A stretch of DNA of 64,000 bases, from positions 1,176-65,175 of the forward strand of contig BOXE01000006.1 of NCBI GenBank assembly GCA_019650635.1. The letters are read 5' to 3'. This stretch comes from Alphaproteobacteria bacterium. Its GTDB lineage: Bacteria > Pseudomonadota > Alphaproteobacteria > Methylaequorales > Methylaequoraceae. Within the stretch, counting starts at the first letter, position 1. Each line of letters starts with the position of its first letter. The notes under the pieces are model-generated. The model ran no database searches and was not told the DNA's origin. It worked only from the letters and a program-made list of their open reading frames with translations. The position numbers and the translations under genes are program-made. This document shows, piece by piece, positions 1 to 10,177 of this stretch.

Positions 1-448
1 TCAAGAGGATTTAACACAAAAAATTTATTCACTACAATGCTTTTAAAAAATTATCAAATGAAATATTTAAACTCCCAAAAGAAGGAAATGATTTCTTTAA
101 TATTTCAATTAAGAAATGAATTTATTTTTAAGTAATAAAATCTACCTAAAATTTCTTTCAAGATTAATTTTAAAATATTCTGAAATTTTTAACAAAAAAT
201 CGATTAAACTTTCTTGCAGAAGAAAATGACTTTAAGCCTTGAAGATGGTGAAAGATGGCTAAAGGTATTTTAAAATTAAAAGAAAGAATTGGCTAAATCT
301 TTTAGTTTCTTCCAGAAGAATTAAAAGTTCAAAAATGAAGAAATCAGCAATATATCTCTTTTACTAGCTTCCTTGAAATGTTAATCAAGGTAAAATATTA
401 ATTAATCAAAAGGATCATTTTGAAGAAATAGGGTTTAAAATTGAAATA
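1..448 (+). CDS. scpA: Segregation/condensation protein A (ScpA). The 5' end is cut by the window edge and the reading frame is broken as assembled.
   Basis: Translation of nt ~361-448, LLASLEMLIKGKILINQKDHFEEIGFKIEI, resembles the conserved ScpA C-terminus. It lies directly upstream of scpB. Confidence 0.4.
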
Positions 449-954
449 ATGAATAAAGATTGCAAAAATTTCATTGAATCTTTAATTTTTTCTGCAGAAA
501 AACCCCTTAACAAGGAAAGTATGAAAAAATGCTTTTTTATTATGGTAAATTTTAAATTTAGATCTCATTTTAAGGAGCTTAAACACGATTTCAAAGATAG
601 AGGTGTTGAATTGGTTGAATTTGGGAAAAAAATTTTTTTAAAACAGCTGATACACTAAGAATTTATGAGAATTGAGACAAAAGACAAGAATTTGTCTCCG
701 CAGCATGGAAACTTTTGCTATAATTTCTTATCATCAACCGGGTTTCAAAAAGCTGAAATAGAAAAATAAAGGAAAACCAGTTTTAGAGGGACATTAGATA
801 CTTTATTTGAGTTAAATGGATAAAACCCTCAGGTAGGAGGGAACCCTGGCGACCTGTAACATGGGTAACTGATTTTGAATTTTTAAGACACTTTGGTTTG
901 AAATCTATTAAAGATTTACCAAAAGTTGATGAATTAGAATCAGTTATCTTGTAG
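449..954 (+). CDS. scpB: Segregation/condensation protein B (ScpB), frameshifted as assembled.
   Basis: The ORF 449-658 begins ...FIESLIFSAEKPLNKESM. Downstream frames give ...AEIEK...TLDTLFELN...FLRHFGLKSIKDLPKVDELESVIL with a stop at 952-954, a typical ScpB layout. Confidence 0.55.
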
Positions 955-979
955 TATATTTTTAAAAAAGGGAGAGTTT

Positions 980-1132
980 ATGTTTGGACTAGGTCATTGG
1001 GAAATTATTCTAATTCTTGTTATAGTTTTAATATTCTTTGGAGCAGGTAAGTTGCCAAAAGTAGCAGGAGAGATAGCTAAAGGAATTAAGTCATTTAGGC
1101 AAGGTTTAAAAGATGATAAGAAAGAAAAATAA
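980..1132 (+). CDS. tatA: Twin-arginine translocase subunit TatA (50 aa, below the ORF-track cutoff).
   Basis: Hand translation gives MFGLGHWEIILILVIVLIFFGAGKLPKVAGEIAKGIKSFRQGLKDDKKEK. A GGAG sits upstream, and tatB/tatC follow. Confidence 0.85.
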   Translation: MFGLGHWEIILILVIVLIFFGAGKLPKVAGEIAKGIKSFRQGLKDDKKEK

Positions 1133-1141
1133 AATGATTGT

Positions 1142-1344
1142 ATGCTTAACATAGGTTTAATTGAATTTTTAATTATTTTTTTCTTTTTTATTTTACTCGT
1201 TCAAGCCAGAAGATATCCCAACTATATTTAAAAACCTTGGTTTATTTTACAGAAAATTAAGTAGATATTTTTACAATATTAAATATGAGATAGATGAAAT
1301 TAATAACGAATTTTCAGAAGTAAACATAAAAAAAAAAAGAATAA
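1142..1344 (+). CDS. tatB: Tat translocase subunit TatB, frameshifted as assembled.
   Basis: It starts MLNIGLIEFLIIFFFFILLV and then loses frame where the expected ...KPEDIP... motif is readable in another frame. It lies between tatA and tatC. Confidence 0.55.
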
Positions 1345-1347
1345 AAA

Positions 1348-2076
1348 ATGAAGTATCTAGATCATCTAAAAGAACTAAGAAATAGATTACTAATAAGTTT
1401 TTTATTTCTAATAATTAGTTTTATTTTTTTTTTTTTATAATGCATCTTTTTTAGGTGAAATTCTATCTAAACCTTTATTCAAATTACTTGTTGACGCTGA
1501 TGACAAAAGAATGATTTTTACAGGATTACCCGAAGTTTTTCTTATCTAACTTAAAAATATCGTTATTTGCATCTTTTATTCTTTCAATGCCCTTTTTTGA
1601 TTGTTCAAATTGTACTTTTTTTATCTCCAGCAATGTATAAGAGAGAGAAAAAAAAATTTTTATGCCCATTTTTTTTTTGATTCCAATCTTATTTTTTTTA
1701 GGGATAACTTTTGCATACTTTGTTTTGATACCTTTTATTTGGTCTTTTTTTATATCGTTTGAAAATTTTTTTTCCTCAGGCCTTAATTTAGAACTTGAAT
1801 CTAGGTATTCAGAATATATGAAATTAACAATGTTTTTATTGTTTGCATCTGGAATGTCTTTTGAATTTCCGATTCTTTTAATAATTTTAACAAAATTTGG
1901 TATTGTCGATGTTCAAATTTTTAAGAAAAAATAGAAAATACTTTTTCTTAGGAATTTTAATTTTTTCAGCATTATTCACCCCTCCTGATATTATTTCACA
2001 GTTAGGCATTGCTATTCCCCTTATAATCTTTTATGAAGTTTCAATAGCCTTTATTTTTTTTTTTATGAGAAAGTAA
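1348..2076 (+). CDS. tatC: Tat translocase subunit TatC, with several frameshifts in T-runs.
   Basis: The N-terminus reads MKYLDHLKELRNRLLISFLF. The fragment 1662-1934 (…FLIPILFFLGITFAYFVLIPFIWSFF…SRYSEYMKLTMFLLFASGMSFEFPILLIIL) is TatC-like, with a stop at 2074-2076. Confidence 0.8.
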
Positions 2077-2080
2077 AATT

Positions 2081-3362
2081 TTGCACGATATAAAGTTTAT
2101 TAAAAAAGAACCCTTTAGTTTTTGATGATTCCTTAAAAAAAAGAAATCTGCCACCTTGCAGCTCTAAAATAGTTAAAATTCATAATGAATACTTAGAACA
2201 TCTCAACTTAAAACAAAAATTATTAGAAGAAAAAAACTCATTATCCAAATCCTTTGTAAATAAAAAGGAAAATGTTGAAGACATTAAAAAATTAGTTCAT
2301 GAATTAAAAACAAAAATTGATAATTTAAACTGATTTAGCAGAATTAAAATTAAAAGAGTTAAATGAATTAATGTTGTTTCTACCTAACATTCTTTCAAAA
2401 AATGTTCCTAGTGGAGAGTCTGAAAAAGATAACAAAATTATAAAGGAACATGGTGTAATTAAAAACTTTAACTTTAAACCGAAGAATCATCTAGAGTTAG
2501 CTGAGAATCTTGGTCTGCTAGATTATAAAAAAGCAATAAAGATTTCAGGAAGTCGCTTTTTCAATTTTAAAGAGTGATTTGGCTAAGCTTCATAGAGGGC
2601 TTGTTAATTTTTTACTTGATAATAATTCATTAGAATTTGGTTTTGAGGAGTATGTTGTTCCAGAACTTGTAAAAAGTGAAGCTCTAGAGGGAACAGGCCA
2701 ACTTCCCAAAGTTTGAAGAAGATTTATTTAAAACAAATTTTAATAATCTCTATCTAATTCCCACTTCGGAGGTCCCCTTAACAAATCTTAACAGAGACTC
2801 AATTATTAATAAAAAAGATATGCCCTTAAAATATACAACATTTACAAATTGCTTTAGAGCAGAGGCAGGTGCATCAGGGACAGATACTAAAGGATTAATG
2901 AGAGAACATCAGTTTGGTAAGGTTGAGCTAGTAACAATTTCTGAGCCCGATCAATCAGATACAGAATTAAATAACATGATAAGTTGTGTTGAAAATATAT
3001 TAAAAAAATTATCTATACCTTACAGAATTGTCGAGCTTTGTTCTAGTGACATTGGCTTTTCATCTTCTTACACACTCGATATTGAAATCTGGATGCCGGG
3101 TCAAAATAAATACAGAGAAGTATCGAGTTGTTCGAATTGTAAAGATTTTCAATCAAGAAGAATGAAAATGCGTATTAAAAATTTTGAAAATGGAGAAATT
3201 TATTACCCACACACCCTTAATGGTTCATCTTTAGCTGTTGGAAGACTATTAATATCTATTCTTGAAAATTATCAGAATGAGGATGGAACAATAAAAATTC
3301 CACCAATTCTGAAAGACTATACAAATGGTTTAAGTATTATTTCAAATGATAAAAAAATCTGA
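2081..3362 (+). CDS. serS: Seryl-tRNA synthetase, with multiple frameshifts as assembled.
   Basis: Three pieces support it. The N-terminus is (TTG)HDIKFIKKEP. The fragment 2371-2577 contains ...GESEKDNKIIKEHG...NHLELAENLGLLD. The fragment 2820-3362 carries class II motifs (FRAEAGASGTDTKGLMREHQFGKVE...LNGSSLAVGRLLISILENYQ). Confidence 0.85.
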
Positions 3363-3993
3363 AATTAAAAAAAAAATTAATTTAATTTTAGAACTTCAAA
3401 ACTACGGAATTGAAAAGCCTGATATCCTTAAGGTTATGGAGGAAGTTGATAGACAGATATTTGTAGAGGAAAGTCTGCGAAAAAAAGCTTATGATAATAT
3501 AGCTCTTCCTATAGATTGTGGACAAACCATATCACAACCTTTAGTTGTTGCGTTGATGACTCAATTTTTAGACTTAAAAAAAAACATGAGAGTACTGGAG
3601 ATTGGCACTGGTAGTGGTTACCAAACTTTTATTCTCTCGAAATTAGCAAGATTTATTTATACTATAGAAAGACATAAATTTTTATACATAAATGCCTATA
3701 ATCTTTTTAAAAAACTTATGGTCACAAATATTTTTTGTAAGCATGATGATGGGGGGCTTGGATGGAAAGATCAGGCACCATTTGATAGAATAATAGTTAC
3801 TGCTAGTGCCCCTGACATTCCGAGCAAGCTGATTGAGCAATTATCAATTAATGGTAAAATGATCATCCCCATTGGAGACCAGCACAATGATCAAGTTCTA
3901 AAAAAAATTTCAAAAAATGGAGAGACTCTCTCGATTACTGATTTAGGCTCAGTGAGATTTGTACCACTATTAGAAGGAAAAGAGAATAAATGA
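3346..3993 (+). CDS. pcm: Protein-L-isoaspartate O-methyltransferase.
   Basis: Intact 215-aa ORF with ...GQTISQPLVVALMTQFLDLKKNMRVLEIGTGSGYQT... (SAM-binding GxGxG) and ...DRIIVTASAPDIP. Confidence 0.85.
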   Translation: MIKKSEIKKKINLILELQNYGIEKPDILKVMEEVDRQIFVEESLRKKAYDNIALPIDCGQTISQPLVVALMTQFLDLKKNMRVLEIGTGSGYQTFILSKLARFIYTIERHKFLYINAYNLFKKLMVTNIFCKHDDGGLGWKDQAPFDRIIVTASAPDIPSKLIEQLSINGKMIIPIGDQHNDQVLKKISKNGETLSITDLGSVRFVPLLEGKENK

Positions 3994-4868
3994 AGAATTT
4001 ATTTGTATTTTTCTTTTTTTTTGTTATGAGCTGTGAAAGTTACTTGTATGATGATTACAAAATCATTGATTATAAAAAAAGAATCAATCGTGATGATACT
4101 TTCAAGAACAATGTGTACAACGTGAGAAAAGGTGATAACCTCTATTCAATATCTCGAAAGTTTAATGCTTCAATTGAGGAGCTTATTAAATTTAATAAAA
4201 TACAAGAACCATATAAAATATTTCCAAATCAGTCCATTTTCATTCCTCTCAATCAAAAACATAAAGTTGTTAAAGGCGAAACTCTTTATTCCATATCAAG
4301 ATATTATGAGACTACAGTATTTACTCTTGCCAAATATAATAATATTAAAAATGTCAACAATATAAAAGTAGGTAAAGAATTGATAATTCCTAAAGGAATT
4401 AAAAAAAAAGAAAAAATTAAAGAGAAAAAATGGGATAGTAATTTCAAAACAAAACAAATAGATAAAAAAAAGAATGAAACTCTTAGAGATAAACAAAGTT
4501 CAAAATTTATATGGCCAGTCAAAGGAAAGCTTCTTTCAAAATATGGTAAATCAAAGGAGGGCTTTTATAACGATGGGATAAACATTGATTCAAAAAAAGG
4601 AACAAAAGTGAAATCTTCAAAGGCTGGAAAGGTAATTTACTGTGGTAATGAAATTCCAGGTTATGGTAATTTAATTTTGATAAAACATTCAAAAAATTGG
4701 ATAACTGCGTATGCACATCTTAACGAAGTTTTTACTGAAAAAGGTAAAAAAGTTGTTAAAGGTGAGACGATTGGTTCAGTTGGCAATACAGGTAATGTGA
4801 GGTCTCCACAACTCCATTTTGAAATTCGTAAAGGTAAGGAATCTGTAAATCCACTAAAATTACTTTAA
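3990..4868 (+). CDS. LysM-domain / M23 family metallopeptidase (NlpD-like).
   Basis: It has a signal or lipoprotein-like N-terminus (FFFFFVMSC). There are two LysM-like units (YNVRKGDNLYSISRKF..., HKVVKGETLYSISRYY...). The C-terminal M23 motifs are GINIDSKKGTKV...AYAHL...GNTGNVRSPQLHFEIR. Confidence 0.85.
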   Translation: MKNLFVFFFFFVMSCESYLYDDYKIIDYKKRINRDDTFKNNVYNVRKGDNLYSISRKFNASIEELIKFNKIQEPYKIFPNQSIFIPLNQKHKVVKGETLYSISRYYETTVFTLAKYNNIKNVNNIKVGKELIIPKGIKKKEKIKEKKWDSNFKTKQIDKKKNETLRDKQSSKFIWPVKGKLLSKYGKSKEGFYNDGINIDSKKGTKVKSSKAGKVIYCGNEIPGYGNLILIKHSKNWITAYAHLNEVFTEKGKKVVKGETIGSVGNTGNVRSPQLHFEIRKGKESVNPLKLL

Positions 4869-4882
4869 TTATAATTAATCTG

Positions 4883-5593
4883 TTATTTTAGATTATTTAC
4901 AAATTGTTGAGCAGTTCTTCCAGAAAAATTTCCTTTTTGAATTGACCAATTTAAAGCCTTTTTTTCTACGTCCTTTGAAAATCTTATTGAATTCTTTTGT
5001 AAATAAAATTTTACCATATTAATATATTGCTCTTGATTAGAATCGTAAAACCACCCAACATCCAAAACGATCAGACAAGGATATTAAATTTTGATTGGTT
5101 TCTTTATTTTCAATGTCATTATTTGAACTATCTGAACTTCGATGTGAAAGATGTCTTAAATTTGAAGTTTATTTAAAACCGAACGTTTTCTATATGACTA
5201 AAAGACTTCCTTCAACGAGAGTTTTAAATAAACTGAAATTATCATCATTATCTTTTAAACGAAATATCATCAATAAAAATGATGAATTTATGTTTACATT
5301 TACTTAACTGGTATACTATATTGTTAGATTCTCAATATTATTGTTTAACACCTTTAAGCATTTTTAAATCTTTATTTAATTCTTTGTTGTAATAATTACT
5401 ACACACTTACCAGAGAAGATTTACCCATACCTTAGCTCCCCCTAGTAGAATATTATTTGAAGATTTATCTTCCAAAAATTTTTTGTATTTTTAAGAACAA
5501 TTTCTTTTTGGTGATTAATTTCTAAAAGATCGTCTAGCTTACATTTAGATTAATTTTAATAGGCTCTAACTTATTACTCATTGGAATAAAAAT
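4883..5593 (-). CDS. DUF815-type AAA ATPase, heavily frameshifted as assembled.
   Basis: Minus-strand frames give ...NNILL.GGAKGMGKSSLV (Walker A), ...FIIFIDDISF..., ...SLSDRFGCWVVLRF.. and the C-terminal ORF 4883-5065. The order of motifs matches the DUF815 family as I remember it. Confidence 0.45.
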
Positions 5594-5746
5594 AAAAAAT
5601 TATTTTCTTTAAGTTTTTGATACTTGTAATGACACTCATAAATTCTTTATATATTTATTCAAATTTTATTTTATACTTGTATTTATAAAGATTTTCTATA
5701 TTGATTTCATTGTATTTAAATGTAAACAATTATTTAAAGGAATATC

Positions 5747-6044
5747 ATGATTAATTATGCTTATGCCCAAGCAGCTGCTCAACAGCCATCAATGCTAGCA
5801 TCATTCATACCATTAATTTTAATTTTCTTAATTTTTTATTTTCTTCTAATTAGACCACAACAAAAAAACAAAAAGAGCACAAAGTCCTTTTAGACTCAAT
5901 ACAAAGAGGTGATGAAATTTTGTCAAGTGGAGGAATTTTAGGAAAAGTTATCAGAGTTGATAATGATAAACTTACAGTTGAAATAGCAAAAGGTGTTAAT
6001 GTTATATAATCCGATCAACTGTTGCAGATGTAATAAAAAAGTAA
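5747..6044 (+). CDS. yajC: Preprotein translocase subunit YajC, frameshifted as assembled.
   Basis: It reads MINYAYAQAAAQQPSMLASFIPLILIFLIFYFLLIRPQQK, and after a frame change ...GDEILSSGGILGKVIRVDNDKLTVEIAKGVNV. It lies upstream of secD/secF. Confidence 0.7.
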
Positions 6045-6051
6045 AAATAAA

Positions 6052-7605
6052 ATGCTAAAAATTAATAAATGGAATGTTTTCTTTGTTTTGGCAGTTTGTG
6101 ACAGCAATCTATTATATTATTCCAAATATTTATGGAAAAAGTGAAGTAACAGCACTTCCTAAGTTTCTTTCACAAAAGCAAGTTAATCTAGGACTTGATC
6201 TTCAGGGTGGATCACACCTTTTACTTGAGAGTTGATACTAAATCAGTTTTAAAAGAAAAGTCGAAGATTTAGTTGATGATATTAGAAAGTCTTTGAGAAA
6301 ATCAAAAATTAAATACTCTAATCTAGGTTCAAAATAACAGGTGCAGTTGTAACGTTTAGTATCCAGAAAAATAACAGTAGCCAAAAAAATATTAAAGAAA
6401 ATATTGAAAAGGGCATACAATTGAAAAATCTAAAATAAATTAAACTTATTTTTCAGATGAATATATTATTGAAACAAGGGCTAATACTGTCGAACAATCA
6501 ATGAAGTTGTAAGGAAAGAGTGGATGAATCAGGAACAAAAGAGCCCTCATTCAAAGACAAGGCGAAGAAAGAATAGTTGTTCAGCTTCCTGGAATCAAGA
6601 ATCCAGAAAAGAGTGAAAGCTTTAATTGGAAGAACTGCAAAATTGAATTTTCATATGTAGATCCAACTACAGTAGAGCTTGCTGAACAAAGAAAACTTCC
6701 TCCAGGAACCCTTTAAAGCTTTGAACTCTGACCCAACAGCTTACGAGAAACAGTTTGTTTTTAAAAAAAAAGAGTTTTGCTAACTGGGAGAGACTCAAAA
6801 ATGCTGCAGCTACTGTTGAGCTCAAACAGGAAGATATGTAGTGCATTTGAATTTGATAAAGGGTGCGAAAGAAATTCGCTAAAATTACAACTGATATACT
6901 TATCAAAGATTAGCAATTCTTCTTGATAATAAAGTAATAAGTGCTCCTCAGATCAGAGAACCAATTACTGGTGGCCAAGGAAATATAAGTGGTAACTTTT
7001 CTCCTAAACTGCTAATGATTTAGCAGTTCTTCTTAGAGCCGGTTCTTTACCAGCCCCAAATTTAAAGTTTTGGAAGAAAGAACTGTAGGCCTAGTCTTGG
7101 AATTGATTCAATTGAGGGGGGGAAAAAAAAGCATTAGCAATTGGTTTTATTTTAGTAATAGTATTCATGATTATAAGATATAAAGCATTTGGACTCGTTG
7201 CGGATTTTGCTATAATTTTCAAATTATATTATTGATTTCTATGTTAGCGCATTGAAGAAACCCTTAACAATGCCTGGGATTGCGGGATAGTTTTAACAGT
7301 AGGAATGGCGGTTGATGCCAACGTTTTGGTATTTGAAAGAATTAAAGAAGAAATAAGGTCTGGAAGATCAATTTTGAATTTATTGATTTAGGTTATAAGT
7401 TTGCAATAAAAACGATTTTGGATGCAAACTTTACAACTCTTATTGCAGCCCTTTTACTTTATAATTATGGTTCAGGTCCCATTAAGGGTTTGCATTTGAC
7501 GTTAAGCATTGGTATATTAACTTCAATGTTTACAGCCTTAATTTTAACTAAACTTATATTTACCTTTTGGGTTCTAGGTTAAAACCGAATAAATTGTACA
7601 TTTAG
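6052..7605 (+). CDS. secD: Protein translocase subunit SecD, with many frameshifts as assembled. The 3' end is approximate.
   Basis: Several fragments are readable in changing frames: ...[15 protein letters not shown]..., ...[13 protein letters not shown]..., ...[21 protein letters not shown]...[12 protein letters not shown]..., ...[19 protein letters not shown]. Confidence 0.75.
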
Positions 7606-7610
7606 AGATT

Positions 7611-8468
7611 ATGAATTTTAATATTAATTTTTTAAATACAGATTTATCCCCTTTTGTACTATCCACATCATTGATGGGTTATCAGCCTTTTTATTCTAAC
7701 CAAAAATTTGAATCTTGGATTGACTTTAAAGGTGGAATTATGATCGAAGCAAAATTTTCAGTGTCCGATCTATCTTTATTAAGAATAAAATCGAAACTTG
7801 CAAATTGGGAAAATTTTGAAATACAGGAATTTGGTGATTCTAATACAATCCTATTAGATTTGAAAAAATGATGATGTAATTACCCAAGAGCAAATTATTC
7901 AAAAATTAAAAAAAGAGTTAGATGAGGACACTGATTAAGAAGGGTAGAATTCGTTGGCCCAAAGTTGGAAAGAGCTAAAATCAATTGCAAATTAAAGCTG
8001 TGTTTTTTTCTCTTATTGCAATGTTCATTTATATTTGGTTCAGATTTTCTGGATGGCAATTTGGTCTTGGTGCTTTAGTTGCCCTGTTTCAGATGTTCTT
8101 TCAACTATGGGTTTTTTTCTTTAACACAAATAGAGTTCAATTTGGGTTCAAATTTCTGCTATTTTAACTATTGCAGGCTATTCAATAACGATACAGTTGT
8201 TGTGTTTGACAGAATAAGAGAAAATTTAGTTAAAACCGACAAAGAATTAAAGGAGATTTGAACTTATCTATTAATCAAACTCTGTCAAGAACATTAAAGA
8301 CTTCAATCACTACCCTTCTGCTTTAAGCATTTTTATTTTTGAGGAGGTAGTCAAAGGTTTTGTTTCTGCAATGATGTGGGGTTTTAATTGGTACATACTC
8401 ATCTATATTTATTGCTCTCCATTAATATTATTTTTTGGTTTTAAAAAATTGAAGAAAAATCATAAATG
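7611..8468 (+). CDS. secF: Protein translocase subunit SecF, frameshifted as assembled.
   Basis: Readable fragments are ...IDFKGGIMIEAKF..., ...IAMFIYIWFRFSGWQFGLGALVAL..., and ...NDTVVVFDRIRENL. The stop is at 8466-8468, and it follows secD. Confidence 0.7.
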
Positions 8469-8469
8469 A

Positions 8470-9200
8470 AATTTAATGATGACTTTGAAATAGAAACAAT
8501 TATTTGACCTTCTATATCGCATTCGTTTAAAGGTCCAATTTTTTTGTGAAATACTAGATTGTGTTCCCCTCAAACCAAAATGATTTGAAATCGATTTAAT
8601 TAATTTTTTTTTTAATTTACCATAAATTTGATGTTTAAAGACAAAAATTTATTTATTTTTTTTCTTTAAAAGATTTCATCAATAAAAGGAATTGTTTTCT
8701 ATAGAAGGAGACATGCTATCTCCCTTCAATTTATAGATAAAAAAATTTTAAGAACATTATTTCTTAAATCGGTATACCAACTCTTGTTCAGGTGGATATG
8801 GACTAACAGCTTTAAATGTTTTAATATTTTTGAAGCCCAAAAATTTCGGGAAATCTATTTACTTTATTTAATAAGTCAAACGTTGCTGCTTTGTCAATGT
8901 TTTGTTTAGCTTTTGATGCTGCTAACATTATTGAATGCGATAATGTATGGAGTTCAGGAAATTTTTCAAGTTGGGGTTCCTTAATGTAATCGCCCCATAT
9001 TACTCTTATTTCGTCCTTTTAAATTTATGACCGTGTTCTTCTTTTTGAGCTATAAGTCTTGAAATTTGTGCGTGATCTTTAGAGTTAAAGAAATTTTTTT
9101 TTCAATTTCTTCGATCAAATCAACAAGTCTTATCATTGTCAAAACGGCAATTTGAGATATTATTGGATCATAAATCTTGCAGGAATATCCAATGTGCTGA
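8470..9200 (-). pseudogene. Possible S24 (LexA/CI-like) peptidase-family gene, badly frameshifted. The boundaries are uncertain.
   Basis: The minus strand around 8700-8740 reads ...GDSMSPSIENNSF (the S24/S26 'GDSM.P' serine motif). Upstream frames give ...DHAQISRLIAQKEEHGH...PELHTLSHSIMLAASKAK. No intact ORF is present. Confidence 0.25.
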
Positions 9201-10177
9201 TACTTTCTTAAAAAGGGCTAATTTTATCTATAACATTGATTATTTTGTATATCATTTTTGTCCTTAATATGTTTTGTTTATCCAGGTTATTATTATTTAA
9301 ATATATTAGATATAATATATTATTTTTTTTTAAAAAGTGGAAACTGAAATGAACAAAAAGAAAAAAGGTTTTTTCTATACTAGGTATCTTCAAAATCAGA
9401 TTTATTTTAGAAAAAATCTATTGTAAATGCTTATTTAATCTTTAGAAATATCTTTTTTAAAATTTTGAATTTAAAGAAGATATTCCAACTTCTCTTTTAA
9501 GCAAAAATGGATTTATGATTGTATAAATGAAAATGATTATTCAAAAAGAAATATCAGGTCAATTCAAAGTTTTTTCTGAAAAAGACTCAAAAAAGGATCC
9601 CCCATTAATTGATTCATTTAGTCAAATACATAACTTATCCGAAACTAAAAAACTTTTAAATGCATTTCAAGAATTCAACGATAAGTTTAATGATTTGCTC
9701 GAGTAGGATAATAATAATTTTAAAACTAATGTTTATTTCCAGATTTATTTTTTTTTTTTATTTAAAAAGTTAAATCAGAAAAAAATTTTGAAATCAATGC
9801 GTGTTTGATGAAAATTTGGGAGATATTTTGAAATTATTTTTTGGAAATATTTATTAAAAAAAAAAATTTAAAATTTCTAAAGTTTTTTATTTATATAAAC
9901 TTTTAGTTAGATTAATAATTTAAAAATGAAATATTTCATTTTAAATATTTTGATTATATTATAAATTCTCTTTGTTTCAAAAGAAATTTAATACCATCAA
10001 ATATTTGCTTATATTTTTTAAGTTTTTATTTATTTTATTTAAGTTTCGGATTCAAAAATTTTAATTCCAAACCATTATAAAGCAAAAAGAAGTAATTGAA
10101 TATAAGAATACAATAAAAACAGCAGAAGATCACCATAAAAAAATCGCTAGAAAAGATTAATAGGAAAAAATTATTTG

